From: Lama glama | Lineage: Eukaryota | DNA length: 64,000 bases | Direction: 5' to 3' | Assembly: GCA_028534125.1 (NCBI GenBank) | Contig: CM052816.1 | Span: forward strand, 64,234,001 to 64,298,000 | Part shown: piece after piece, positions 14,830 through 28,690 of the stretch | How positions within the stretch are numbered: position 1 is the first letter of the stretch | Layout: each line of letters begins with the position of its first letter | The notes under the pieces: generated by a model | The model's input: only the letters and a program-made list of their open reading frames with translations | The model's database searches: none | Told to the model about the DNA's origin: nothing | Made by a program: the position numbers and the translations under genes

Positions 14830-16003
14830 ACTATTTAAAAAACAAGACATGCCCAGATCTTGGTTTTTAAATACCATTCTCCAATAAAAGATTCTCTTCT
14901 TTGAAAAAATGGCTAATTGTAGGGCTGAGATGAAGAAAATACTGATGCCAGAACAAAAGAGCTTGGAAAAAAGTGAGGTAACTGTCCCACCCTGAAAGAG
15001 TTGGCCAGGATGCAACTATTTGAGCAGCAAAATAAGTAACATTAGGATTGGATTATAACTCCAAGAATAAAACAAATAACAGTCCATACTGACATAAATA
15101 AATTATTGAATGAATAAATAAATAAATGGAGAAGAAGAGACACATCTTCCTCACAGAAGAATTCCAATTAATAAATGTAGGAAGGATGAAGGAAATAAAA
15201 ACCATCGTTAGAACACCACAGCAATATTTGCTGCAGACTAAGCTGCTGCACTGATGAATGACAAAATTAGTGGGTAAAGCTTTGAAGAGAAACAAAATAT
15301 TTGCATAGCTTCGAAGAATCTCCCCTCCAAATGTGACTTAAATTCTTTGATGCTCCTCCCACTGGTAGGTAAAGCTTAATTCTCCTTCCCTTGACTATGG
15401 ACTGGACTTTAGTAACTTTCCTCTAATAAAAAGTGAAAGTAGCTTTATAATGAAGAAACCTGTCAGATACCACCTTAAGCAATGATCAAGGTTAGCATAA
15501 AACATAATGAGTCACACTGATATCATGAACCCCCTGAAATGATGCAATAAGAAATGCACATTATTACTTCTGTAATATTCTTGCAAAAATTGCACACTTC
15601 AATCTAGTCATGAGAAATGCATCAGACAACTCAAATTAAGGGACATTCTACAAACATACCTGCCCAGTACTCTTCAAAAAGTGTCAAGACAAAGAAAGAC
15701 CAATAAACTGCCACAAATTAGAGGAAACTAAGGAAATACGATGACTAAATGCGATATGGTGTCCTGAACTGGATGCTCAAAAAGGACATTAGGAGAAACG
15801 CTAGGGAAATCTGAATAAAGTCTATAGTTCAGTTAGTTAACAGTATTTCAATATCAATTTCGTAGTTCTGATAAAAGTACCATGGTTATGTAAGATGTTA
15901 ACATTAGGGTAATGCTGAGTAACGGATCTAGGAAAACTCTCTGTACTGTCAACTTTTCTATAAATCTGAAATTATTTCAACATAAAAAGTTAAAAAAAAA
16001 AAA
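14830..16003 (+). mobile_element. Old L1MC-type LINE 3' UTR
   Basis: 'tttgagcagcaaaataagtaac..ggattataactccaagaataaa', 'aaattaagggacattctacaaa', 'aaaaggacattagg...gaaatctgaataaagtctatag' and 'aaatctgaaattatttcaacataaaaagtt', followed by an A tail. Confidence 0.85.
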
Positions 16004-16129
16004 AGGACCTGATTTGGTTACTTAAATACCTAAGCCACAAAGGTCCTCTGGGCTGCTTTAAGGTATATCCCTAATGTTTCAATTTAAAGATTAAGAGGAT
16101 TTTTCATGCCACGAGAAAGCATAGGAGGA

Positions 16130-16318
16130 CTCTAGAGAAATAATCACACATATGTATCAGGAAACATTCAAAATAATTCAGCTTTTTTAATATAAAAATT
16201 CAGCAGCTTTGCAATACAAAACTGGTAACCCAAATATCCACCAGTAGAGACTGAGTAAGGTGTGACATATTCATATGGAAGAATACTTTATGGCTATGAA
16301 AATGAATGATTACATCTG
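16130..16318 (+). mobile_element. L1ME-type fragment, left part (interrupted by a younger L1)
   Basis: 'aaaactggtaacccaaatatccaccagtagagactg...atattcatatggaagaatactttatggctatgaaaatgaatga'. Confidence 0.7.
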
Positions 16319-16319
16319 A

Positions 16320-17949
16320 TTTTTCTTTTTTTTTAAATTGAGATATAACTAACATATAACATTATATTAATCTCAGGTGTACAGCATAATTATTCCATAT
16401 TTGTAAACAGTGAAAAATGATCACTACAATTGTCTTTTATGTAACATCCATCACTATATATAGTTACAAATTTTCTTCTCTTATGATGAGACCTTTCAAT
16501 ATCCACTCTTCTAGTAACTCTCAAATGTGCAGTACAGTATTATTAACCACAGTTATTAGATCATCAAGCTTGTACCTTTTGATCTCCTTTATCCATTTCA
16601 CCAACCCCCACACCCTACACCTCTGGCAGCCACCAATCAATTGTCTGTATCTATAAGCCTGGTTTCTGTCTTGCTCTGTTTTATATGCCACATATAAGGG
16701 ATTATACCAAATTTGTCTTTCTCTGTGTAGCTTATTTCACTTAGCATAAACGCCCCCAAGGTCCATCCATGTTGTTGCAAATGGTAAGACATCATTCTCT
16801 GCAATGGTCGAGTAATATTCTATTGTATGCTACATTTTCTTAATCCATTCATCCACTGATGGACACTTACTTAGGTTCTCTATACTGGCTCTTGTAAACA
16901 ATGTTGCAATAACATAGGGAGATTATACATATACATATATATTTTTTTAATTAGCATTTTCTTTGGATAAATACCCAGAAATGGAATTGCTGGATCATAA
17001 GGTTAGTTCTATTTTTAATTTTTTGATGAACCACCTTACTCTTCTCCACAGCGGATGTCCCAATTCCCACCAACAGTGCACATACATGGGTTCCCTTTTC
17101 TTCATATCCCCGTCAACATCTGTTATTGCAGTTCCCTGGTAACTAGTCATGTTGAACATCTTTTCAGGTGCCTGTTGGCCATCTGTATGTCTTCTTTAAA
17201 AAAAGTCTATTCAGATCTTCTGCCCATTTTTTAATCAGATTATTTGTTTTTTTTGCTATTGAAATGTATTAGTTCTTTCTGTATTTTACGTATTAACCCC
17301 TTATCAAATATCCAATTTGCAAATATTTTCTCCCATGCAGTAGGCTGCCTTTTCATTTTGTTGATGACTTCCTTTGCTATGCAGAAGCTTTTTAGTTGAT
17401 ATCATTCATCCTACTAGTTTATTTTTGCTTTTGGTGCCACTGCTTTTGGAGTCAGATTCAAAAAATCACTGCCGAGACCAGTGTCAAAGAACTAACAAGC
17501 TACGTTTTCTCTAACAATCTACATTTTCTCCTAGGAGTTTTTTATGGTTTCAGGTCTTACATTCAAGTCTTTGATCCATTTTGAGTTAATTTTTGGGTCT
17601 GGTGTAAGACAGCAACCTAGTTTCATTTTTTTGAATGTGGCTGTCCAGTTTCCCCAATACAATGTATTGAAGAAACTGTCCTTTCCCCATTGTATACTCT
17701 TGGCTTCTTTGTCATAAATTAATTGACCATATACATGTGGGTTTATTTCTAGGCCTCTATTCTGTCCTATCAATCTGTCTGTTTTTATGCCAATATCATA
17801 CTGCTTTGATTACTATAACTTTGTAATACAGTTTAATATCAGGGACCATAATATCTCCAGCTTTTTCTCTCTCAAGATTGCTTTGGCTATTTGGTGTCTT
17901 TTGTGGTTCCACACATACCTTGAGATTGTTTATTTCCGTAAAAAATGCA
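16320..17949 (-). mobile_element. 5'-truncated L1 (L1MA-like/laurasiatherian): ORF2 C-terminal remnant plus 3' UTR
   Basis: Poly-T at 16320-16334, then a typical L1 3' UTR. ORF 17531..17773 ([31 protein letters not shown]...[18 protein letters not shown]) is L1 ORF2p sequence, broken by frameshifts and stops. Confidence 0.95.
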
Positions 17950-17959
17950 ACCAATCTGT

Positions 17960-18305
17960 TTTAATGAATCTCAAATATAATAATTTAAAGGGGAAAGACT
18001 GAAAAAAGCAGGTTACAGTACATAAAGAAGTAGGCAGGATATTAAATGGCAAAAAACAAAATTTAAGGCAAGGAAACGATTAATACAAAACTCAGGGTGT
18101 TGAAAACTGCTCGTGGTGGGAAGTAGGAAGTGAAATAAAGGTGTCAGGAAGGGCACACAAAGTGCTCCAAAGGTCCCAATAATGTTATATTTTTAAGGTG
18201 AGTAATAGGTACACAAGTGTTCCTTGTACTGTTTTGCTTTATAACTCACAAATGTAATATATTCTTTTATATCTATTTTATATATTTTTTTTTAATTACA
18301 AAAGT
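17960..18305 (+). mobile_element. L1ME-type fragment, right part
   Basis: 'atgaatctcaaatataataattt...aaaaagcaggttacag...gaagggcacacaaagtgctccaaaggt..aatgttatatttttaaggtgagtaataggtacacaagtgtt' continues the 16130-16318 piece. Confidence 0.65.
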
Positions 18306-21300
18306 GAGAAGGAAGTTTACCTTTTAACAGATACCACATCCTACCAGCAAAACGTAATTCATTAGATGCTGAAATATTTTCAATCTCTATAAAATTTCAA
18401 GCTTAAAAGGTTACATTCATCTTTTTTGAATTTAAAAAAATTGCAATTTCTAAAAAAAAAAACTATTGTGAAAGTATATCACCCATTCAGGGCCTACAAT
18501 GTAAAGCAAGTTTAGTTAATAAAGTCCAATGTTACAGTGCGATGTCTACCTTCTTCCATTTAAAAGGAAAGAACCTTTCCCTTATCTCTAGTGCCATCCT
18601 GGGATAAAGTATTTTCATTCCACAAAAACAAGAAGTTTATGTATGTTGGGAAAGACAGCAAGAGGAAACTCACTTGAGGTGTCATCACATAATTCTGAGT
18701 ACTCTTGTTACTCTTATGGCCAGATCAAAGTTAACTCAGCACTCTGATGAAAATGTCTTCAGATTTTGAAATACTGTATGCATCTCATTTTTTAAAAGTC
18801 ACACGTTATTAATAAAACACCCTCAAAATAAATTTAGAGTTAAATATTAGATTTTTTTTTAAACAAAAGATTCTTAGAGAAATTGCCACAGAGTAGTTAT
18901 CACACTTGGGTATAAAATACAGTAATAAAAAGCCAAGGTACAGGTACTCACTTTAACTTTTTAATTATCTTCATCATCAATTACAATAATAAAAAACAGT
19001 AGGTTTGTTTTAAATACAAAACACTAACGTGGCCCTAGCTCAATACCCACACCTAAATACAGTGCTCTCAAGAGAGGGGACTGGCCAAAATCCATCATTA
19101 TGACAAGACTGAGCTAGCATACATCAAAAGTTTGCTTATCAAATGCTAACTCTGGTAAGCATTTAACTATTTTTTAATGTAAGTTAACTCTAAATTTACT
19201 AAATCCTTAGTGAAAAATACTTGATTCCACTTGAAAATATTTACTTAATGCTGCTTTCCAGTCAAGTTCTGATTTCAAGGGGAAAACAATTCTTAAATAC
19301 CCAGAGGGTACAAAAGTAACGATGTTAAAGCTTAAAAACCACATTTCCTTTCACGGGGCGGGGATTTTATTGCAATGTGAAACTTTACTTTTGAAAAACT
19401 ATAAAGTTGAAAAATTAAGTTCACTGGAGAAATTGAAAGAAAATAAAAACAACTTATAGGAGGTTTTATTACTTCTTACAAGTCTCTTGATATATGAATA
19501 ACAACCTTTATATAATGTATTTAATGGGGATTATCATTTAAAGCACAATTTGGTTTTTAAAAAATAATGACCTAGTTAGCTTGTCAATCTAAATTACCCT
19601 GACATTTGTACCCTGATTTCCTGAATCTAACTAAAACATTCCTGCCAAGATGCCAACTTCCTAGTCAGGTTTGTTGAAAGGACTAAGGAAGTTCAAGTTC
19701 CTCCAGCTGAACAAGAGCCAAAACATGAACCACTGCCTCTTCTGTGCAGTTGTAAGCTGTTAACACTCAGGATAAATCATTCCTAAATCAAAGTAGTCTT
19801 TATTGATCACAATGACAACAACCACAGTAGCCAGTCAGTCTTCAGGAATTAGGACATACTTTTTAAGGTAACAGGAGCTTCAAACTATAGTCCCTGGAAA
19901 CGGACTTCTTGGAACCACATTATCCCTAAATAAATAAACTTCAACTGAATGAAGTAAAACTACAGATAGCTCTAAAAAATACACTTGACTACTTAACTGT
20001 TCCCAAAATGACCAATGGCAATTGTTCTTGGGGTTCCTCCACCTTGCCCTCATTTATTTCTCCCTTGAGTGCAAGCTTATCCCTGTCCCAAGCTTCACCT
20101 TCATGAATCATTTGCTTATTATTAGTTCATGAGGTAAGGGTATTATTTTCTTTGTATACTATTTACTACTTTGGAGTCCTGTAAATATTTAGTAACAACA
20201 ATAACCAACTGATTATGCAGGTCAGGCACTCGTGGTTTAGATAAATGTAACCATCAGAGCACCAGGAAGTGATAAAAATCTTCAGCAGTGGCCTGTAACT
20301 GTCAGAGGGCTTTATTAACCCACTTAAGGGAAATGTGTCAAGGTGACAATTCAGTAGAGTCCATATTTTTAGCAGCCCTTATCTGGTGTATCAATTATTA
20401 ATTTTCTTAATAGATCATGCAAATGAGAAATCATTTAAAGCAAGAGTATATAGTATCTGGGATACATTCCCATTTTGTCCAACCCCTTCCCCTTTGCAGT
20501 AGAACGAAAAGACTGATGGGTCAAAATCAGTCTACAGTCATTCATTTTCACTGCCTTCAGTAATACCCATTTCACACTTGAGGCAAAGAAGAATTTGAAC
20601 AAATCACCATTTTTTCCTTCTCTTTTCTGCTACTACCAGATTTGTAGGAGCGGAAAGGTGAATGGAAAGACAGTTCAAGAAGAGGGCCAGAAAGAAAGGA
20701 AGGGAAAGAAGAGGCTGAGGATGTCAGAAGACAGGAGGCTTCTGGGTTGCTACTAGGTTCAGAGTATCTAAGAAGCAGCAGAGGTATATTAATTTGGAAC
20801 ATAAGATTTTTCTAAAAAATAAGAAACATTAATTTTCTTTCATTCCATTGAAGCATTTAGCAGAATCAGTCCAAAGTGCTCAGCACCCCAGCCCAACTCT
20901 GTGTGCTTCTCTGGTTAAGCTGGCAGTGAGGGGACTGATTATTTATATTTCCAGTCAACCTTCCTTTTTAGTTACTCCCTGAATCACACCTGGAGATCAA
21001 TCAGGGGACAGGTGTTTTGCTTAGACTTCTTCCCATCTGCTTCACACCTGTTGCTGTCCTAAAATATCCACACTTACAGAGAGGGAAAGAGTGTAAGAGG
21101 GATGGAGTGGGTCCCCTGCAACACTCTGTACAGTCAGCATCACCACCCATCCCAGCTATACTGAGAATGTGACTCTTGGAACTATGACAACAAAATCTCA
21201 TACAAACTACTACTACTACAAACCAAACTACTGAACACCTTTTGAGGTGCATATTGGCATAATTTAACTAGAGGAGAGTTATGAGATAGTATAAATGGCC

Positions 21301-21964
21301 TTATTCAAACCTAGGCTATTAAAAACAATCAAATAAGAAAGTATCAAAACTTTTGGAAATCCAAGAAAGTAAATTAAAACTCAGTTTGCGTGAATCGGAG
21401 TAAGAAACCAATGTGACTGAATATAAGTAATGGGCATATACTACAAATGTAGATGTTATTTTCTAATTTACTGATCTAGTATGCTATTAGGATGGACCTA
21501 AGACTTTACAAAACACCAACACTCTTAGATATAAATGCCAAAAAGAAGTCTTACAGGACGGCCAAAGGAATTCAAAGGGGGGAAGAAGATGCTCTGGTTA
21601 CAAAAACTGCCAGGATGACAGTGTTACCATTTTAGGAGGTTTCCCAACATACTCCCCTAGTAGGTGGCATTTCAAGCAGAGTGTCAAACTATCCTGTATA
21701 CACCTATTACCCTATTCCCACAGGCACTGTGATTTTCTCAGACAACTTCAGTATCTCTAGTCAAGACTAGTCTCATTCAGTTTCCACTCCCAACTATGTA
21801 CAGCCTATCCTTTCTTTTCATTCCTAAATATGCTTATTTTACTTCCACATGACAAATACATTTTCTCACCATACTCCGAGGTACTTCTTGGTTCAGTATT
21901 TTTACTTTACCTCTAAGTTCATCAGATCAGAGTCAGTATGTCTCAAATCCTGGCATACAGAAAC

Positions 21965-22125
21965 TATGAAAAGGCCTAGCCTGGGCAGTCAGAGAATCTG
22001 ATCCTAACATATCCCCATCTCCTCACCCAGCACAAGCCCTCAGATGGGCCCTGTGGCCTTGGATGAGTAATTTATCCAATTAGGCTTTAGTTTCCCACAT
22101 ATAAAATGTGGGAGGAAGACTACAT
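21965..22125 (+). mobile_element. MIR fragment
   Basis: 'ctgggcagtcagagaatctg...ctgtggccttggatgagtaattta..ggctttagtttcccacatataaaatg'. Confidence 0.6.
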
Positions 22126-22589
22126 AATTTTTATATTTATGTCCACCACTGTTTTATTTCTCTGATAATATTTAACTGTACAGATTAATTTTTTTTATAA
22201 ATGTGTGAAACTTGTAGGGAAAGGGTCAGAAATCACTGCCTTATAAAAAGCAAGGACTAAGTTTATTTAATTTTCCTTATACTCTCCTTAATATAAATGA
22301 TTTATTTGCATTTAAGCATTTAATAAGTAGCTTGAATGATGAAAGATGAACTGACTAGAGTCTACCCATGAAACTATCTTTACATCCAGGAGAGACTCAA
22401 GGCGAGTCTGCCCAATCACTAAACTCTGGCTTAAAAAAAAAAAAAAAAGTTAAGAGTATGTGTATTTTACTGATTAAAAAAAGGCTAACAATTTCAAATT
22501 TGGAATAGCAATCATGAAATTTTAACTTTTACACATAATACAGTTTCATGTAGATTATTCATAATCTAGATTTACAACAAACCCTTTAG

Positions 22590-22930
22590 CACATGTAATT
22601 TCCTCTACTAAATATGCCCCTTCTCTCTCTACAAGTCCTAGTCACCTGTATGACCTGTTTCAGATCCATTCATCCACACAGTGAAAGGCCACCACTACCT
22701 AGAACTTCACTCACCACACACACAAAAAAGTATTTGTTCTCTCTGTTGTGCACCAAAGTACTTTCTGCAGATTATTATTACAGCCTCTTATCACACAACA
22801 CTATGGTGAATTGTTTATATGCCTGTCTGTCCCACTGGACTGTAAGTTGTTTTATTCATCTTTGTATCCTCAGTAACTACCAGGACCAGGCACATGGCTG
22901 GCACTCATTAAAAGTTCACTGAATGGAAGT
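22590..22930 (+). mobile_element. L2 LINE 3' part
   Basis: 'gtctgtcccactggactgtaag...ttattcatctttgtatcctcagt...ggcacatggctggcactcattaaaagttcactgaatg'. Confidence 0.8.
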
Positions 22931-23829
22931 GAATAGAACAGAAAATTTCCCATTCACCCAACCAACACAGCTTTGGGCTTGAACATCCCAAAGCACTCAT
23001 GCTCAGGCATGTTTTGCTGCACTAAATGGCAAAAGCAAACTCCAAGCACCCTGTAAATTCAGTTCTCAGAGAGACCTGTGGGGAAAAGGTATTTTTAAAA
23101 AGCAGTTTTTTAAAAGGATTCATGTTTCTTACGGATTTGGAGGCCAAAAAAAAGTAAGTCCTATGTCCCCAGTACCTTTAAAGTAATACTCTGCTAATTG
23201 TTCTAATATCTATGACATTCTTTCTCCTGTCTGAGAAGATAAGGGGTTGATTGTATGAAATATCCACTAACTCCTCTTAACTACTCTCCTGCTATATGGA
23301 GTCAGGTCTCTCCTCAACCCCCCACAAGGAATAGCACCTGAGAGGCTGCCATTTTCCTACTTCACACAAAATCTGAAAAGAGGTCCAGGCCTCACACCAA
23401 AGAATTGTCAATTTTCAAATAAGATTGCCCTACCATATCGGTCATCTTTCTTCTTCCACTAGGAAAGAGATTAAAATAGAATTACTTCAAATATGGGTTC
23501 AACATTTTTAAACCACTAAACTTTTGTATCCTTAATACACTCCAGCGTCTTTCCCCTACTTTTCTCCACAGCATTTAACAAAATTGTGGAATGCTGTCTA
23601 GTTTCAAAGATCTTTCCCATGGTCCCCAATTCATTAAAGACTTTTCTAATTACCAAGCATATTCCTGCAATCCAGGCTAGACTGAAAGGGGATTTGGACT
23701 ATATGTTAGCTATACATAACTATTCCCACCATTTTCTCATTAGAAAACCAAATCCTATAATATTTGACTTCTTAAAAACCAACAATGTCAAAAACCCTTC
23801 AAAAATATTTTTACATTGGAACTTAGAAA

Positions 23830-24232
23830 TAATAGTTTGTCCCTATCTAGTAAAGTTGAAGCTACATACACTCTGTGACCCAACAATTCTGTTGTTAGGT
23901 GTATATATACTAAAGAAGCATGTGCACATATATACCAAGATACATAATCAAGAACCCTCTTGGCATCATTGTTAATGATACCTCAAAACTGGAAGCAACC
24001 CAAATGTCCACCTAAAGTAGAATGGATAAACAAAGTATGGAGCAGACACAAAACATATTATTATACAACAATGAGAATGCTGCAAGCAACCACACAGATG
24101 AATCACATAATGTTGAATAAAAGAAGCAAATACAAAGAACACATAAAGTGTAATTCCATAACTATCTGTTCAACTATAGGCATATGTTTTATGTACAGTT
24201 CAATATGTATTTTATACTTCACAATAAAAAAA
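23830..24232 (+). mobile_element. L1ME-type LINE fragment (ORF2 end/3' UTR)
   Basis: 'ctgtgacccaacaattct..ttaggtgtata', 'aaaactggaagcaacccaaatgtcca..agtagaatggataaa' (translates as NWKQPKCP..VEWINK), ending 'atacttcacaataaaaaa'. Confidence 0.85.
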
Positions 24233-24289
24233 GCAGTCTTTTAGCTTTAAAACCCTGGTCTCTACACATAAAATCCTTATTTTCATTTC

Positions 24290-24430
24290 AGTTATAGCAT
24301 TTATAAGTCTGTATTTCTACCAGACTATGAACTGCTTGAGGGTAAAGACTGATTTTATTCATTTTGGGGCTCTCAGAGCATCATGGTACATAGCAGATGC
24401 TCAACAAATATTGACTGGATAGATAGATGG
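24290..24430 (+). mobile_element. L2 3' end
   Basis: 'accagactatgaactgcttgagggtaaagact...tggtacatagcagatgctcaacaaatattgactggatagatagatgg'. Confidence 0.8.
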
Positions 24431-25934
24431 AAGAATTATGGACATGGGAAAAACTCAAATGACAAGGAAATCTCCATGTGGCTGAAGAATAAAAGTCACT
24501 TCTCTTTTCCTGTACCCAGGCAAAGGCTAGTTTTAAAATTCAGCCCCAAATTTCAACTAGCTTACAATACATTCTCAAATGCTTATTTCTAATAAGTGGC
24601 TCCACTGGACACAAGACAGTTTCAGTATGTTTTTATCAAAAGCAATTTTGGAGTTTAGTTCAGTAGCCAAATTCTGATTTGTCCCTTTTGCAATATAGCT
24701 GCCAGACTCTTGGTTGTCTAACTGTATTAATAATTCCTTAATTTAAACACAAAAACACATGCACAACCCTTTTTATGAATTTTACCCCCAAGAGTTCTAA
24801 AATGTTTCTCCATTAAAAAGCACATCTCAGCACATCCTGCTGTTCTTAGAGCTGGAGTGCTTTCCTCCTCCCAGTTCCCCATCAGTCTCCTATGGACCAT
24901 CGGACTGAAATTAGCTATTCATTACATGTGGAGGAGCGCTGGCTGGAGCAGAGCCCTGCAGAGAAAGACTGCCATTTTACATGTCACTTTCAGAACCAAA
25001 GCATCTGCTACCTTACTAATATGTATATTTAATGTCTCTGCATAATGTTTAGAATTATATGGTGTTCATTGCCTGTTTGTTCTGATATTAGGTGCTCTTA
25101 AGTAGCATTATTCTAAATTATTCTCTTTGAAAAATGTGGGACTTTTTATTAGATCTCTTCCCTGTTGTCTGTAACACAGGATCCAAATGAATAGCATACA
25201 GAATATGAAGACCCCAAAAAATTATGAATCAGAGTTAAGGTAACCAAATATAACAAGTTTCTGGCTTGCAATTACTAATAATTTACTTCATATTCTAGGG
25301 TCCTAACTCCTCAATATAGTTTTACATTAGGTTGTAGGGTCTGGATAAGGGGGTGTTAAATTTTTAACAGCTGTTAGTAAACCAGAATATTGGAACTGTT
25401 CTTCTGGAAAATCTGTACACTTATGTTGAAAGCCGTATTTCTAGCATGTCTCTCTCTTATCAGCAATTAAGTCCACATTAAAGATACATTTTTTTTCTTT
25501 AAATTGTGGTGGTACATGTCAATGAATAAGCCTCTGAATAGTGTGGGAGGGGGGAGAAGCTTTAAGCTATATAGTCCTCATACCATAAATTACAATTGCT
25601 TTTGTTCATTAACCTTCATACTCAGCAGGAAGCTAAGAATGTTCAATATTTAAGAATCACTATGAATGAGGCAGTATGATACTAGTTAAACCTAAGTGAT
25701 ACTAGATGTACAATAATGAAATAATGCATGTGTTAACACAGTTAAAAGTGTGACACTTTTATGATGGGCAGCAGAAAGGAGTGCAGGCTGATATAATTTA
25801 ACCATAAAGAATATTTCAGGTTGGAAATCATTATAACCTGGAAAGACAGGCCAGTAACATTGTTTTTATATTGATGAACAGAACTAGTTCCTTCCACTTC
25901 TGAGGAGCAAGAACCATTAAGGTACATCTACTTT

Positions 25935-26108
25935 CTGGCACTTTATCACAACTCCAATTTTACATGTTATTTTTTTTAACATTTATCTTCCCATTAGGAA
26001 GCATGGTCCAGAGAACTAGGGTTCCTATTTGTTCTAGCACAATGCCTAATACTTAGTATTGATGACTCATTAGATATTTGCTGTGAATGTATGCACACAT
26101 GAATGACA
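25935..26108 (+). mobile_element. L2 3' end
   Basis: 'ctagcacaatgcctaatacttagta..gactcattagatatttgctgtgaatg..tgaatga'. Confidence 0.6.
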
Positions 26109-28469
26109 GAAATAATCTGAGAAACAGTAGGAAGTATCACACAAACCCACTGAAGTAGACAGAACCCATCATCAAGTCAGAAAAGAGTTGGTAGTGACCA
26201 GGGCTTCCAGGAATAAGTTAGCTTATAGCATTACTAATGTCAAGATCTGAAACTACAGAAGCTTCATATATTTGACAAATAGTGTGGCACCTACCTAGCA
26301 AAGATTTTAACAAATAAACCACTATAACAACATACACATACGAGGGAAAACTAAAACTGGAGGACTTATTCTCCAGCACTATCAACCTGTAAAATTTAAG
26401 ATTAAAGTTACTACTGCTATTGCATAGTTTAGTTAAGACACAGGTCAGCTGATGTCCAAATTGCTACTAATGTCTCATTTGCTGGTAACAGTGACTAAAG
26501 TTTTTTTTTAATATAATTGCTTATATTAGGCATATATTCTGAACTACAGACCTGAAAAAAACTTAACTGATGATACACCACTTTAATCAGCATTTCAAAA
26601 CATAAAATTAAGTTGTCAATGAAAACAACTGCCACAAACCAACAACCTTAGAAAATATGCTTATTTAATCAACAATGATTTAAAAATGTAATCCCTAACA
26701 GTTGTTTAAACTATGCATAACTAAGTTTGCAATACTTATCTGATTTAAAGCAAAAGCACATCTGTTTATGAGTAAGTAAATGTAGTCTGACAGCAATTTG
26801 GAACATCTATCAGAAGGAATCAACGGCCAAGCTTAATAAGCATTATTTGTATTCCACATAATACTCTATTTGTTCTTCCTAGCTACTGCAGTAATAAAAC
26901 ACACCCAAACTCATTTAATGGGCACTAAATTCAATGTACCTAGGCAAAACACTGAAAATTCAACTTGGATTTTTCCCAGCCCATACAGCCCAACTTTTTA
27001 AAGTATTACCACCATCTGGTTACTAGTCTGTGTTTACCAAAACAGTAGCTGTGCACACATTTCTGTAGCAGCTGTGGTCAAAAACTTTAAATTGATCCAT
27101 TTGGCTAAATGAAAACTCTTCAAGGGAAAAACAAATATAGTATTTTGAATATATATATACTTATAAGAAGTTCCATTACTGGTTTTAATAACATTCCCCA
27201 AGGACAAATATAGTAAAATTTTAAGTAGCATTTGAGACATTAACTTAATTACTCATATTTTTAATCATTTATCAAATGAAAGAAGGTCCATAGAAGTCAA
27301 GTAAATTACCCAAGGTTAAATAACTAGTTAGTAGCTGGACTCTGTCCAGAACATAGTATCCCCCAGTCTCCATACAAGGATCTTTTCACAAAATTGTTCC
27401 AACCAAATCCTGGGGTGGTAGGAATAGAACTGTATCAAGGGAATGTATCATTTAACAAATCCAGGTTAAAATTATTTTAAGCACTTTCTTAAAATATAAC
27501 AGCTCATCATAAATTATGGAATCTGACATATTTGTTTGAAATCTATGGTAAGAGCTTAAATATCCTGTGAAATTTATAAGAAATATGTTTACAAACTATT
27601 CCCTTTCATTTTTCACATCCTCCTCCCAACCCCTCCCATAAAGTTCAAGTCCACAAACCAACCATATTACTCTGGTCAAGAGGCTAAGCTATTATTTCAG
27701 AGCCAAAGGTAATTTCTTAGCTCCTCCATACATCCTAATGTTCCCCTTTCTAAAATAATATAATCATATGCCACACTGTATGCTTTCTTGTAAATAGAAA
27801 GCCTTCTCCTAATTAGAACTATCAAACTTCCAAATGATCCCTTTCCCCCTAAGAAATAACCTAATTCCCAAATATAATATAGAAATTTTATATGCATTGC
27901 TTAGAGAGGGAATAAAAGGCAATAAAGCCAAATATACTCGATATAAATCTTTCATTGTTATAGTACTAACAATTTCTCTAATAATACTTAAGAAAAAATT
28001 TCAGAACATAATGGGGACTGTTTTAAGCTTAAGTTGACAAGCCACTATTCTTGCTTTGACAGAAATGAATTGTTTCCTTCTTTCTTCCTTTTTCATGATA
28101 CCTTTTTCATGCCATCTAAGAAGAAAAAAATAAGCTAACAATCCACCAAAAACCAAATATGTGTCCTACTCTTCTATCTGTAATATTAAACTTTGAAGGG
28201 AAATAACTGAACATTAAATTATTTGGTGGTAAGGGCATTAAAAGGGGTGATTTGTATTTATAGGTGGACTATTTTTTGCTCTGTTGGCTTCCTTATTCCT
28301 GGTCATTAATTTTAGAACATGAGAACCCAATCAAAAACTCAAACTTAAAAACTTCCTTACATCATATCCAGGAAAAGAAGAGTTAGTATCAGTGGACAAG
28401 ACTTAAAACAAACTGCGGATAAGTAAGTTAATATCATAATTATTGAGACAAATGTACAACAGGATTTTT

Positions 28470-28690
28470 ACACTTTTACATTCATCATTTATAGATGTCT
28501 CTCAACAAATATCCTTGTACAGAGTTGGTAACAGAGCAGGACAAGCAGTATTATTCCAATTTGACAGATAAACTCATTGAGGTTTATACGACATACCAGG
28601 GCCCTAGGCTAGTAAGTGAACAGTGAAGCTGTGACAAAAACCCAAGTCCTCTGGTGCCAAGACCAGCAATCGTTCCAAAATACTGCCTCG
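28470..28690 (-). mobile_element. MIR SINE
   Basis: 'tattattccaatttgacagataaactcattgaggttt...ctagtaagtgaacag..aaaacccaagtcctctggtgccaag' is the reverse-complement MIR core. Confidence 0.7.

Noticed and set aside
17531..17773. ORF with convincing protein-like sequence
   Set aside because: Degenerate L1 ORF2p fragment within a truncated LINE, not a gene.
23586..24244. Two overlapping ORFs resembling a frameshifted gene
   Set aside because: Correspond to a decayed L1ME ORF2 C-terminus (NWKQPKCP).
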